A stretch of 64,000 nucleotides of DNA from an uncultured Planctomycetota bacterium (GTDB taxonomy: Bacteria > Planctomycetota > Planctomycetia > Isosphaerales > Isosphaeraceae): contig CAWJTV010000006.1 of the NCBI GenBank assembly GCA_963845755.1, forward strand, positions 32,001-96,000, given 5' to 3'. This document shows positions 10,146-21,754 of the stretch, one piece after another. The first letter of the stretch is position 1. Each line of letters opens with the position of its first letter. Made by a program: the position numbers and the translations under genes. The notes under the pieces are model-generated. The model was not told the DNA's origin. It made no database searches and worked only from the letters and a program-made list of their open reading frames with translations.

Positions 10146-13011
10146 TGGCGAACCAGGACGACGAGGAGGAGCAACTCCGGACGGTCGCACTTCAGAACGC
10201 TCAGAGCATCCTCGCCGCCCGCCTGGAGGCCGAGGAGGCGCTCCGGCGGCAGTCCGAGTGGCTGCGGGTGACGCTCGCCAGCATCGGCGACGCGGTGATC
10301 AGCACCGACGCCGAGGGCAGGGTCACGTTCCTGAACGGCGTCGCCGAGGCCCTAACCGGCTGGACGAAGGAGGAGGCCGAGGGCCGCCCGCTGCCCGAGG
10401 TCTTCCGGATCGTCAACGAAGAGACCCGCCGGCCGGCCGAGAATCCGGCGCTGCGCGCCCTGCGGGAGGGGACGATCGTCGGGCTGGCCAACCACACCGT
10501 CCTCATCGCCCGCGACGGGACGGAGCGGCCGATCGACGACAGCGCCGCGCCGATCCGGGACGACGCCGGGGCCAGGACGGGGCGGTCCTGGTCGTCCGCG
10601 ACGTCACCGAGAGGAGGAAGGCCGAGAACGAGACCCGTCGCAAGGAAGCCGAGCTGATGGACTTCCTCGAGAACGCGAACGTCGGCCTCCACTGGGTGGG
10701 CCCCGACGGCATCCTCCTCTGGGCCAACCGGGCGGAGCTGGAACTCCTCGGCTATACCCGCGAGGAGTACTTCGGCCGGCACATCGCCGAGTTCCACGCC
10801 GACCGGCCGGTGATCGACGACATCCTCCGCAGGCTCCTGGACAAGGAGGATCTGCGCGAGAACGAGGCGAGGCTGATCTGCAAGGACGGCTCGATCAGGC
10901 ACGTCCTGATCAACTCCAGCGGGCTGTGGGAGGGCGGCGTCTTCCTCCACAGCCGCTGCTTCACCCATGACATCACCGATCGGAAGCAGGCCGAGGAGGC
11001 CCGTGCGCGGCTGGCGGCGATCGTCGAGTCGTCCGAGGATGCCATCGTCGGCAAGACGCTCGAAGGCATCATCACGAGCTGGAACCGGGGGGCCGAGCGC
11101 CTGTTCGGCTACGCGGCCGCGGAGGCCGTCGGCAATCCGATCACGCTGATCATCCCGCCCGAGCGGCTGGATGAAGAGCCGGCGATCCTGGAGCGGCTCC
11201 GCCGCGGGGAGTCGCGTCGATCACTTCGACACCGTCCGCGTCGCCAAGGACGGCCGGCGCATCGACATCTCGCTCAGCATCTCTCCCGTGCGCGATGGCA
11301 AGGGCCGGGTGATCGGGGCATCGAAAGTTGCCCGCGACATCACCCAGAGGAAGCGGGCCGAGAACTTCCTCCGGGAGCAGGGACGGCTGCTCAAGCAGGT
11401 GGCCGACGCCTCGCTGACGATCCACTCGGCGGGGTCGCTCGACAGCGTCATGAGGGTCATCGCGGGGGAGGCCAGGCGCATCCTCGGCGCCCACCGGGCG
11501 GTCTCCAGCGTGACCGTCGGGGAGGATGGGGCCCAGGCGATCAGCGCCGTGTCCGTATCCGAAGAGTACGAGCAGTGGCGCGAGCCGCGCATCCCGCCGG
11601 CCGTGGAGGGCGTCCGCGGCGAGGTCAGCCGGACCAACCGGCCCATGCGGCTGACGCCGCGCCGAGCTGGAGGCCCAGCCGACGTGGCGAGGAGAAGGCG
11701 TGGGAGCGGCGCCCTTCCCTCCGCTGCATTGCTGGATGGCGGCCCCGCTGGTCAGCCGCGGCGGGAGGAACCTGGGGATCATCCAGGTCGCGGACAAGAA
11801 AGATGGAGCGTTTTCCGAGAGCGACGAGGCGATCCTCGTCCAGCTCGCGTCGGTCGCGTCCGTGGCCGTCGAGAACGCCCGGCTCAACGGCGAGCTGCGG
11901 GATCAGGACCGGCGCAAGGATGAGTTCCTGGCGCTGCTGGCCCACGAGCTCCGCAACCCCCTGGCCCCGCTCCGCAACGGGCTCCAGATGATCCGCCTCG
12001 CCGCCCACGACGCGGGCGTCGTCGCCCAGGCCCGCGCGATGATGGACCGGCAGCTAGGCCACATGGTCCGCCTGATCGACGACCTGCTCGACATCTCGCG
12101 CATCAACCAGAACAAGATGGAGCTGCGGCGGGAGCTGCGTCCTCCTGGAGGACATCGTGGCCAGCGCCGTCGAGACGGCTCGCCCGCTCATCGAGATGGC
12201 CGGGCACGAGCTGACGGTGTCGCTGCCGGCCGATCCGGTGCCGCTCGACGCCGACCTGACGCGGCTCGCCCAGGTCTTCAGCAACCTGCTGACCAACAGC
12301 GCCAAGTACACCCAGCGCGGCGGCCGGATCTGGCTCTCCGCCGAGCTCCGCGGGGACGAGCTCCTGGTCACGATCCGGGACACCGGGATCGGCATCCCGC
12401 CCGAGGCCCTGCCGGGGCTCTTCGACATGTTCTCCCAGGTGGACCGCAGCATCGAACGCGCCACCGGCGGGCTCGGGATCGGGCTGGCGCTGGTCAAGGG
12501 CCTGACCGAGATGCACGGCGGGAGGGTCGAGGCGGCCAGCCCGGGACTCGGCCGGGGGAGCACCTTCATCGTGCGGCTGCCGGTGGCGGAGCCCCTCCAG
12601 CCAACGCCGGTGCACACCGGTGAGGAACCGACGGCGGCCGCGGCCGGGCACCGGATCCTTGTCGTGGACGACAGCGTCGACTCGGCCGTATCGCTGGGCA
12701 GGATTCTCAAGATGTTCGGCCACGAGGTCCGCACGGCGCACGACGGGATCGAGGCGGTGGAGGCGGCGCAGGAGTTCGGCCCCGAACTGATCCTGATGGA
12801 CGTTGGCATGCCGCGACTGAACGGCTACGAGGCGTCGCGGCGAATCCGGCAGCAGCCGTGGGGGCGAGAGGTCACGATCATCGCGTTGACCGGCTGGGGG
12901 CAGGAGGGAGACCGCGTGCAGTCGAGGGAAGCCGGCTGCGACGGGCACCTGGTCAAGCCGGTCGATTTCGCCGAGCTCCAGAAGCTGCTCGCCGAGCTGG
13001 ATAGACGCTGA
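10142..13011 (+). CDS. hybrid sensor histidine kinase PAS-PAS-PAS-GAF-HisKA-HATPase-REC (several frameshifts)
   Basis: [63 protein letters not shown] across ORFs 10142, 9082, 11171, 11700 and 12157. Confidence 0.9.
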
Positions 13012-13068
13012 GCCGGCGCCGCGACCCACCGTGGAATCGACCCGGTTCGGAGGCCCAGGCAAGGAACT

Positions 13069-13185
13069 ATGACCGCTGCACCCCTGGACCGTCTGACCCA
13101 CCACTTCGCCATCTTCGAGATGGATGGCGAGAGGTGCCGGTTCCGGGAGTCGATGAAGATGAAGAAGAGTCGAAAGGCCGAGTGA
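13069..13185 (+). pseudogene. istB: IS21 helper ATPase C-terminal remnant
   Basis: Translates to MTAAPLDRLTHHFAIFEMDGERCRFRESMK. Confidence 0.75.
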
Positions 13186-13377
13186 CACCGGTTCGTCGCG
13201 ATCCCGAGAGTCAAGGTGAGGTCGTCGAACTCGGTGCGGACCAGGCGACTGCCGGCGTGAGCGCGCAGAAGCTGGGACAGGAGCAAGGAACGCCTCCATA
13301 GGGGTAGAAACAGGGAACCCACGCAAAGAGGGGACAACCTATCTATGTTCTTGGATCATCAAAAGTGCGGAAGAGCC
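13186..13377 (-). mobile_element. ISL3-family left-end remnant
   Basis: End GGCTCTTCCGCACTTT followed by a short LSQLL..RLVRTEFDDLTLTLGI frame. Confidence 0.5.
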
Positions 13378-13381
13378 CCTT

Positions 13382-13978
13382 TTATGCGCTCATTTCCAGA
13401 CGTACTCGGCCGGTGCGCTGTACTTCATCCGCAGCAGCGTCTTCGAGGCCTTTGCGATTCCGTCGGCCAGCGCGGTGCCGACGTTGCTCCCCGGTGATCG
13501 GTTCCTGGTGAACAAAACGACGTACCAGAGGCGATTCGTGCGCCGCGGCGACGAGGTGGTGTTTCGCGTGTCGTTGGAGCTGGGGCTGAACTGGGTCAGG
13601 CGTCTCATCGCGCTGCCCGGCGATACCGTCGAGGTGAAGGACAACGAGGTGTTCGTCAACGGGCGGCAGTTGCCGCACGAGCCGGCGCCGCGGGCGAGCC
13701 TCGGGGCCGCGGCGCAAGTGGTCAAGGGGGAACTCTTCGAGGAAACCAACGCCGGCCGCCGCTATCGGATTCTCCTCGCCACCGACACGAAGCCGTTACC
13801 GGACTACCCCAAGGCGAAGGTGCCGGACGGGATGTGCTTCGTGCTGGGCGACAACCGGAACAATTCGCGCGACAGCCGCACGATCGGCTTCGTGGCCCTT
13901 GGCGACGTGCTCGGCGACGTACAGTACAGGTACTGGCCAGCCGCGACGTGGACCCGGTTCGGCGTCCTGACCGAATAA
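13382..13978 (+). pseudogene. lepB: signal peptidase I, apparently 5'-truncated
   Basis: FEAFAIPSASAVPTLLPGDRFLVNK, VRRLIALPGD, FVLGDNRNNSRDSR; frame runs back to the ISL3 end without a clear start. Confidence 0.8.
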
Positions 13979-14090
13979 GCAACTACCTGATTCCAATCAT
14001 GAACCCGCCTCTCAACGGAACCTCCGGACCCATGCATGGTGGTTTCAGTGCTGTTCGATCTGGGCTATCTACGATCCGCCGCCAACGCCC

Positions 14091-14672
14091 TCACGTCGCC
14101 CCCTCGGCTTGCCTGAGATAAGCATAAAGCGTCGGCCTGGAAATGCCGACCACCTGGCAGATTTCGCCCACCGTCTGTTTTTTCTGCCGGTACAGCTCGA
14201 CGGCCAGGGCACGCTGCTTGTCGCCGAGCTTCGGCCTTCTGCCGCCCTTCCTCCCCCTCGCTCTGGCCGCCGCCAGCCCGGCATGCGTCCGTTCGCGGAT
14301 CAGATTCCGCTCGAATTCCGCCAGGGCGGCGAAGATGTGGAACACCAGCTTGCCGCCCGGCCTCGTCGTGTCGATGGCCTCCGTCGTGCTCTGGAAACCG
14401 ATCCCCTGCTCCTCCAGCTCGCCCATCAGCTCGATCAGATGCTTGAGCGACCGCCCCAGCCGGTCGAGCCGCCACACCGCCAGCGAATCACCCGGCCGCA
14501 GCATCTCCAGCACACGCTCCAGCCCGTCGCGTTTCACCTTGCCACCGCTGGAATTGTCCTCGATGATCTTCCCGCACCCCGCCGCCTTGAGGGCATCGCG
14601 TTGCAGGCTCAGATTCTGCTCGATGGTCGATACGCGGGCATAACCGATCTTCATCCCCTTCGCCTTTGCCAT
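14091..14672 (-). CDS. small serine resolvase/invertase with C-terminal HTH
   Basis: IGYARVST, RLDRLGRS, AEFERNLIRERT, GISRPTLY. Confidence 0.95.
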   Translation of the reverse strand: MAKAKGMKIGYARVSTIEQNLSLQRDALKAAGCGKIIEDNSSGGKVKRDGLERVLEMLRPGDSLAVWRLDRLGRSLKHLIELMGELEEQGIGFQSTTEAIDTTRPGGKLVFHIFAALAEFERNLIRERTHAGLAAARARGRKGGRRPKLGDKQRALAVELYRQKKQTVGEICQVVGISRPTLYAYLRQAEGAT

Positions 14673-14689
14673 CCCTTGCCCCCTTACCG

Positions 14690-14832
14690 CCGTGAGTTAC
14701 GAAACCCGTCGCAAGCCATCGAATATTTACCTTGATTTCTTTATGCAATTCCTTTACACGGAAAGCAAGGGAAATCCGATCCAGCGGCGAACGTCGCCCG
14801 CCTGTAAAGAAAACCCACGTTTGATTTACCAC
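14690..14832. promoter_or_regulatory. probable res site/promoter of the resolvase
   Basis: AT-rich, imperfect IR GTAAAGAAAAC-CCAC-GTTTGATTTAC directly upstream of the gene. Confidence 0.5.
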
Positions 14833-14951
14833 CGAGCAGAGGTGGTCATGCGGATAGGAGCTACGCGGGGGTGTCAGCTCGTCAACCTCAGCGCGGCCGA
14901 GTCGCCGCCGGGAATGGAAAGGGTGACCTATGGTTCATCGTTTACGGCTAG

Positions 14952-16840
14952 ACCCTAACCAAGCGTGATTTATGGTCCGCCTGGCCCGATTCTGAAGAAA
15001 ACGCTCGAAAACCCCGCAAGTTCTTGGAATAATGGAGGTAGGAACACATCCTCACCATTCCAAGACAAGGGGGCCTTCGAGTGAGCGCTACTCTCCGAAA
15101 AAAGCAGGCGGCACGCAAGAAGAGATTCTTCCAACAGGGGCGGCGGCGGATCCAGAAACGGCTCGCCAATACGCCTGGACCGGAGCGGCCGATACCCATG
15201 ATGACCGCCTCCAATATCCACTACGAACCGGCTCAGCGCACCCGCGGGCTCAGTGCCGGCGGCATCGGGGCCATCTTCCTCCTGGCTCAGAAGGTCGGAC
15301 TTATCCAGGAGATCGATTCCAGGCTCCACCTCCTCAAGCGGCATCTGCCGTATCACGAATCCGACCACGTCCTGAACATCGCCTTCAACATCCTCGCCGG
15401 CGGCCTGTGCATCGAGCACCTCGAATTGCGGCGCAACGACGAGGTCTACCTCGACGCGCTGGGAGCCCAACGCATCCCCGACCCAACCACGGCTGGCGAC
15501 TTCTGTCGCCGCTTTTCCGAGGCCGACGTCCTGACCCTGATGGACGCGATCCATGAGGCGCGGCTGCGGGTCTGGGCCCAGCAGCCACCCGAGTTCTTCG
15601 CCGAGGCGATCCTCGAGGCCGATGGCAGTCTCGTTCCCAGTGACGCCGAGTGCAAACAGGGGATGGATTTCGCCTATGACGGGCAGTATGGCTACCATCC
15701 GCTGGTGATCTCGCTGGCCAATACGGCCGAACCGCTTTACCTGGACAATCGCAGTGGCAACCGTCCTTCCCAGGAACGGGCTGACGAGTTCCTGGATAAG
15801 GGCGTCGCCTTGGTCCGTCGGGCGGGCTTCCGCGCGATCCTGATGCGGGGCGACACCCGCATCGCCCAGACCAAGCACCTGGATGGATGGGACGCCGCCG
15901 GCGACATCCGGTTCCTCTTCGGCTACGAGGCCTCCCCGTCCCTCCAAGCCCGAGCCGACCAACTGCCGGCCGGCTCGTATCGTCTCCTGGACCGACCACC
16001 GCGGTACCAAATCCAGACCGCCCCGCGGCAGAAGCCGGAACGGGTCAAACCCGAGATCGTCCGCCGTCGCGGCTACGAGAACCTCGAACTGATCGAGGAG
16101 ATGGTCGCGGAGTTTCAATACCGGCCCTTGGCTTGCCGGAAGCGTTATCGGATGATCGTCCTCCGCAAGCGGATCGGGGTCGCCAAGGGACAGCTCCGCT
16201 TGTTCGAGGAATACCGGTACTTCTTTTACATCACCAATGACGGCCGAGGAGGTCGTGTTCTCGGCCAACGATCGTTGCGACCAGGAGAATCTGATCGCCC
16301 AGCTCAAGAGCGGAGTCCACGCGTTGACGACCCCCGTGGACGACCTGGTGAGCAACTGGGCGTACATGGTGATGGCCTCGTTGGCGTGGAGCCTCAAGGC
16401 CTGGAGCCGCGTTGCTGGTCCCCGTGGCGCCACGTCACCGTGCCCAACACGAGTCGGAGCGGCGCACGTTGTTGCGGATGGAGTTCGCGACCTATCGCGA
16501 GGCGTTCCTGCGGATGCCGTGCCAGCTCGTGCGGGCGGGCCGCCGGTTGATCTACCGGTTCCTGTCGTGGAATCCGTGGCAAGCGGTGTTGCTGCGGCTG
16601 GTCGAGCGGCTGCACGCATGCCGGCTGTGTTGACCGGTTCGCCCCTGAAGTCGGGGTCCGGATGCCCCGATCCGCATGGGCCATCGAACGAAGAAAGGGG
16701 GTGGGTGATGTCAACGAGCAATTCGGGTCAGCAGGACGGGGCCAGCCTACCCCCGAGTTGTAGAGAGTACGTCTTGAGATAATATAAATACTCACATAAA
16801 TGATACATGGCCGCTTTTTTTTCTCACGCTTGTTTTGGGG
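14952..16840 (+). mobile_element. IS1380-family element
   Basis: 17-bp imperfect IRs ending CAAGCGTGA; CTAG(A) on both flanks. Confidence 0.88.
15081..16633 (+). CDS. IS1380-family transposase (frameshifts near 16240 and 16410)
   Basis: PDPTTAGDFCRRF, GYHPL, MRGD, RCDQENLIAQLKSG, SNWAYM. Confidence 0.9.
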
Positions 16841-16888
16841 CTAGATCGGCCGGTCGGGTCCGCTGTGATGACAGGCTCGGCTGGACCT

Positions 16889-17533
16889 CTACTCGCATGG
16901 GAACACCTCCGTGAGGGTCCTGGGCCGCCCATGTCGGCCCGCCGCCACGTCCCGGACGAGGTCCAGAACCGTGACCGAGACGATGTCGTCCGGGTCAAGC
17001 TGGACCGCCTGTGCCGCACACCGCCCGGCCTCCATGTCCTCGCCCGCCAGGCAGTGGGCCAGCGCCAGGTTGCGGACCAGCACGGGATCATCTGGCCCGA
17101 AAGCCACCGCCGCCCGACACAGCGCCAGCGCCTCTTCGGTGCGCCCGATGTCCATTGCAGCTCTACCGGCGTCCCGCACCAGGTCCGGGTGATTGGGCCT
17201 CTCCGCATTGGCCTTGGCGAACCACAGGAACGCCATGTCCAGGTCACCGAGAAGTTGGTAGATCTTGCCCAGCGCCCACATCGACGGCCAACCCTCCGGG
17301 TGGATCTCCAGCGCTCGCTCGAAGCAGCGAGCGGCCCACCTGAGGTGCCATTGGCCATACCCTCCTGGTCGCCTCGACGGCTCCTGGCCGTAGGGGAGGA
17401 GGTGGACGCTCGTTAGTTCCCATCCCCTGGCGGTGAGGTCCTTGTGCTTTTCTGCATCAGCCTTGGTGAACGCCTTCGCCATCTCGAAGCCCTCGGCCGC
17501 TCGGAATTCACGCGTTCCAGGTCTTGCCATCAT
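16889..17533 (-). CDS. TPR-repeat protein (start may be 17482)
   Basis: FERALEIHP..WALGKIY, AVAFGPDDP..NLALA repeats. Confidence 0.8.
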   Translation of the reverse strand: MMARPGTREFRAAEGFEMAKAFTKADAEKHKDLTARGWELTSVHLLPYGQEPSRRPGGYGQWHLRWAARCFERALEIHPEGWPSMWALGKIYQLLGDLDMAFLWFAKANAERPNHPDLVRDAGRAAMDIGRTEEALALCRAAVAFGPDDPVLVRNLALAHCLAGEDMEAGRCAAQAVQLDPDDIVSVTVLDLVRDVAAGRHGRPRTLTEVFPCE

Positions 17534-17584
17534 CCCCGCCCGAGATCGCCAGCCAAGAACGGTCGGTGATAGCGTCGCCGGACC

Positions 17585-18156
17585 CTAGCCATCCAGCGCC
17601 CTATCCCAGAGTGGATGAGACAGATCGGCACGCGGGGATGAGACCAGTGACTTGCCGGGCTCGCCGGGAATGAGGCCAAGACGAGAGACGCTGGATGTTA
17701 GGTAGCGTTCGACGAAGTCGCTGAAGGAACTGGCTGCCTGGCCCACCCGGTACTCCCCTCGGTCCGAGAAGATCGCCAGGACGACATTCCCCGACGTCAC
17801 TTCGGGGGTCAGTCGAATAGCGAAGGTGGGGAGACTGATGGAGTGGTCAGCGAACGCGAAATACGACGCCTGGTCGGCGAGGAACAGGTCGGGATGAAAC
17901 CGCTCGGTGGCCGGCTCGACCTGGTGGAGCGGGAAGAAGCGGAAGAGATCGTCGTCCCAGCCGAAGGGCGGGTTCAAGTCCTCGGGTCCCATCCCGTCGA
18001 TCGCAAGGAAGTAGCCTCGCAAATCGTTGGGGAGCCGAACAGCGTATCGGGACTCGAATTCCTCCAGCCGCCCGGCGGGGACGCCGGTGGCAGCTTCACG
18101 CCTCGAGCTGACCAGGAGGTCCTTAGCCTCTCACCCAGGCTGCTCATCGCGTCCAC
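17585..18156 (-). CDS. SMI1/KNR4-like immunity-family protein (frameshifted)
   Basis: ORFs 17974..18156 and 17585..18022: YFLAIDGM, FRFFPL, FAFADHSI, ASSFSDFVERY. Confidence 0.65.
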
Positions 18157-18200
18157 ATCCTACCACGAGTAGCGGCTCGGCTCGCCGAGTCATCTGCCTA

Positions 18201-19618
18201 GACCGACAATCCTCAATTGAGACACCAACAGCTTGATGACCCGGCTAGAATTACCCGGATTCGCTAGCTTCGCAACCACCAGGGAGGCTCTCGCCATGCC
18301 GGGCAAGACGGCCAAGGTCACCATCACCGAACGTCAACACGATCTCCTGGAGACGATCCACAAGGCCCCCACCGCCTCGTCTCAACTCCGCCAGCGTGCG
18401 GCCATCATCCTCTGGGCCTTCCAGAAGCGGGACAACGCGGAGATCGCCGCCGCAGTCGGGCTGTCGCGGCGGCAGGTCAGCACCTGGCGACGACGTTGGG
18501 CCGATGCCTGGGAGCGGCTCATCCGCATCGAGTGCACCCAGACCCACGCCGCGTTGCGCCGGGCCGTCGAGCAGGTCCTCCGCGATGAGCCCCGCGCCGG
18601 CTCCTCCGGCAAGTTCACTCCCGAGCAGGTCGTGGCGATCCTGGCACTGGCCTGCGAGCCCCCGGAGAAGTCCGGCCGGCCGATCACTCACTGGACGGCC
18701 AAGGAGTTGGCCGACGAGGCCATCAAGCGCGGCATCGTGCCCTCGATCTCGGTCACTCAAGTGGGTCGCTATCTCCGCGAGGCCGCCTTGCAGCCGCACA
18801 AGAAGCGGTATTGGCTCAACACCCGCGAGAAAGATCCGGTGGTCTTTGCGGGGCGGGTCCAGGCGGTCTGTGACACCTACCAGGAGGCGCCGGCCCTGGC
18901 GAGGGACCAGGGGACGCACACCGTCAGCACCGATGAGATGACCGGGTTGCAAGCGCTGGAGCGGAGTGCCCCCGATCAGCCGATGACCTACGGGAGGCCC
19001 GAGCGGATCGAGGCCGAATATACGCGGCATGGGACGCTGACTCTGATCGGCAACTTCGACGTGACGACCGGCGAGTTGATCACCCCCACGATCGGCCCGA
19101 CGCGGACGGAGTTGGATTTCGTCGAACACATCGCGCACACGGTGGCGACCGACCCGGAGGCGGGGTGGATCTTCGTGGTGGATAATTTGAACATCCATGG
19201 CTCGGAGATGCTGGTGCGGTTGGTGGCCAAGGCGTGCGGGATCGCGGAGCCGTTGGGGAGGAAGAACGTGCGCGGGATCCTCGAAGTCGGTGGCCAGCCG
19301 GCAAGCGTTCCTGTCGGAGAAGGGCCACCGGATCCGGTTCGTGTACACGCCGAAGCACAGTTCGTGGCTGAACCAGATCGAGACGGTCTTCGGAGTAATC
19401 ATGAGGAAGGTGATTCGGCGCGGCTCGTTCAGTTCGGTGGACGACCTGCAGAGCAAGCTGTGGAACTTCATCGCGTATTTCAATCGGGTGTTTGCCAAGC
19501 CGTTCCACTGGACCTACACCGGTCGCCCGCTGCGGGTGAAGGTGGCGTGAAAAGAGGCAAACGACGAAGGATGGAGAAGCCACCTTGCTCATGCTCACTC
19601 AATTGAGGATTGTCGGTC
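18201..19618 (+). mobile_element. IS630-family element
   Basis: Perfect 21-bp IRs GACCGACAATCCTCAATTGAG, TA on both flanks. Confidence 0.95.
18296..19550 (+). CDS. IS630-family transposase (frameshift near 19283)
   Basis: STDEMTG, EYTRHGT, VVDNLNIH, YTPKHSSWLNQIE. Confidence 0.92.
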
Positions 19619-19994
19619 TAGTCTCAACACTAAATGAGGCTTTACACCAGGGATTCGACGTAAGTCCCAAAACGACGCCTCAGAGTCCGGGTGATCCTCA
19701 TCCGCACATGATACCGCGCCACGACGAATCCCGCACCAGGCCCGAGACGTCCATTCGCTGCCAACTGACCGGATCGGTAAGGCATAGCCGCTACTGAACA
19801 TCGACACCCCAATTGACAGCGATCAGCGAGTAAAGTTACCCCCTTTGCGGACGAGTTATTTTACTGTACTAATGTGCGCAAAGGAAACGAACGTTCGTTT
19901 CATCGCTGATTGACCGCTGTCCGGCAACCGAAAAGAGAAGGACGAAACCAATGAAATCTATCGACAGCCGCCATTCCCATCCGGGGCTCTTCGC

Positions 19995-20558
19995 ATGACC
20001 CCATGGCTGCTGCATCAATCGCTGGCACCGGATGAAGAAGCCCACATCCGCCAACTCCCTGCGCTGGAATTGCCGCTGGGCGACGCGCCCGACCTTACAG
20101 GGATCACCAGCATCGCCGCCTGCCGCAGGCGACTGGCGGCGCTCTATCCCGAGGAGCCGCCGGAAGCGCTGGCGCGGCGGCTGGAGCGCCTGTGGAGACT
20201 CTACGGTGGCGTGCAGAAGGAAGACATCCTCGCCGTCCCGCTGCGAAACCACAAAGCGCTGGCGCTGGCCGAGGTCAGCGGGCCATACCGCTATGAAACC
20301 GGTGGAGATGGTCGTCCCCGGCACCTCATTCCGGTCACCTGGCACGACAAGACCCTGCGCATCACCGGCTCGTTGAAGGACGCCATCGACCGCAGCGGCC
20401 AAGCCATGGCGGAGATTGAACACCTCGACGCGCGCCTCGCCATCCGCGACCGGCTGCCGCATGCCCACAACCGCTTCGCCAGGTGGAAATGGCTGATGGC
20501 CATGTTTACGGTGCTGGGTGCCCTGGGCATTGTCCAGCAGTTCGCGTGGCGGCACTAA
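19995..20558 (+). CDS. hypothetical protein resembling the N-terminal domain of Mrr-type restriction proteins, with a C-terminal TM helix
   Basis: DILAVPL..ALAEVSGPYRY..HLIPVTW pattern; hydrophobic tail WLMAMFTVLGALGIV. Confidence 0.5.
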   Translation: MTPWLLHQSLAPDEEAHIRQLPALELPLGDAPDLTGITSIAACRRRLAALYPEEPPEALARRLERLWRLYGGVQKEDILAVPLRNHKALALAEVSGPYRYETGGDGRPRHLIPVTWHDKTLRITGSLKDAIDRSGQAMAEIEHLDARLAIRDRLPHAHNRFARWKWLMAMFTVLGALGIVQQFAWRH

Positions 20559-20746
20559 AGATGAAACCGGATGCACCACATCAATTCGCGAGCGTAGCCA
20601 TGGATAATCTTCTGACGGTCGCCTTCGAGGCCTTATGCTGAGCTCAGCATAAGGCTTCTAATGCCCAGTCCCCTATTATGCGGAGTCCGCCCCCGCCGGC
20701 CCCTGGCTTCTGGGGCTGGCGAGTGCGACCGCTTTGCATAATCTGA

Positions 20747-21754
20747 TCACAGGCCCTCCAGGAACTTCAGCACCTCATCGTGCGCCCGATAACGCAGCGG
20801 AAGGCTCGGCATCTCCTCGATCCGCGACAGCGCCTGCTCCTTCAAGGCCAGATTTGCCTCGATGTACCGGTGTGTCGTTGCCGTCCCCTCGTGCCCCAGC
20901 CACAACGCGATCACCGTGATATCGACCCCCGACTGCAGGAGGTGCATCGCCGTCGTATGTCGGAGGGTGTGCGGAGAGATCCGCCGCCCCTTCAACGTCG
21001 GGCACTGGGCACCTGCGATCTTTACCGCTTTCTGAAGGCGTTCTTCCACTCCCGAGCGGGAGAGCGCGCCGCCATGGGTGTTGGGGAACAAGGGCGACGA
21101 GGGCTCTGGGCCGATCCGCGGCAGCCACTCCTTCAGGCGGGCCGCCGTGCTGGGCCACAGCGGAATAACCCGCTGCTTCCGGCCCTTGCCTTCGATCCGC
21201 ACGGTCCGCGATGGGCTCAGCTCCACGTCCGACCGCCGCAAGCCGATCGCTTCGGAGACCCGAATGCCGGCGTTGTACATCACCGCCCAGAGGACCCGGT
21301 CCCGCTGGCCGCTTCAGGTCGATTCGGCCGGAGCGGCGAGGATCGCCGCCATCTCCTCCCGGGACAAGTAACCCAAGAGGCGATGCTGGAACCGCTTGGT
21401 CGGGATGGCCAGGACGCGATGCACGGCGAGCAGACAGGTCGGGTCGCGGGCAGACGCGTACTTTAGGAACGAGCGCAGCGCCGCCAGGCGCACATTCCGT
21501 GTGGCGATGGAATTGCCGCGCCCACGCTCCAGATGGTCCAGGAACGCGAGGACCGCCGGGGCATCCAGGTCGGCCAGCGTGAGCGCCGTCGGGGCCCGGC
21601 CCCGGTGATCGGCGAAGTAGCGTAGCAAGAGGCGGAACATGTCGCGGTAGGACGCCACGGTGCGGGCGCTGGCATTCTGCTGGGTGATTAGTCGCTGGCA
21701 GAAGAACTCCCGGACGAGCGTGGCGAAGTCGGAGGCGGTTGCCGTCGTGCTCAT
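20747..21754 (-). CDS. ritC: tyrosine recombinase RitC (frameshift near 21315)
   Basis: YNAGIRVSE, GKGRKQR, SPHTLRHTTAMHLL, WLGH, THRY. Confidence 0.9.

Noticed and set aside
9082..11991. 969-aa MetE-PAS fusion ORF
   Set aside because: Runs through out-of-frame low-complexity sequence; an indel in the G run at 10135-10141 explains it as two genes.
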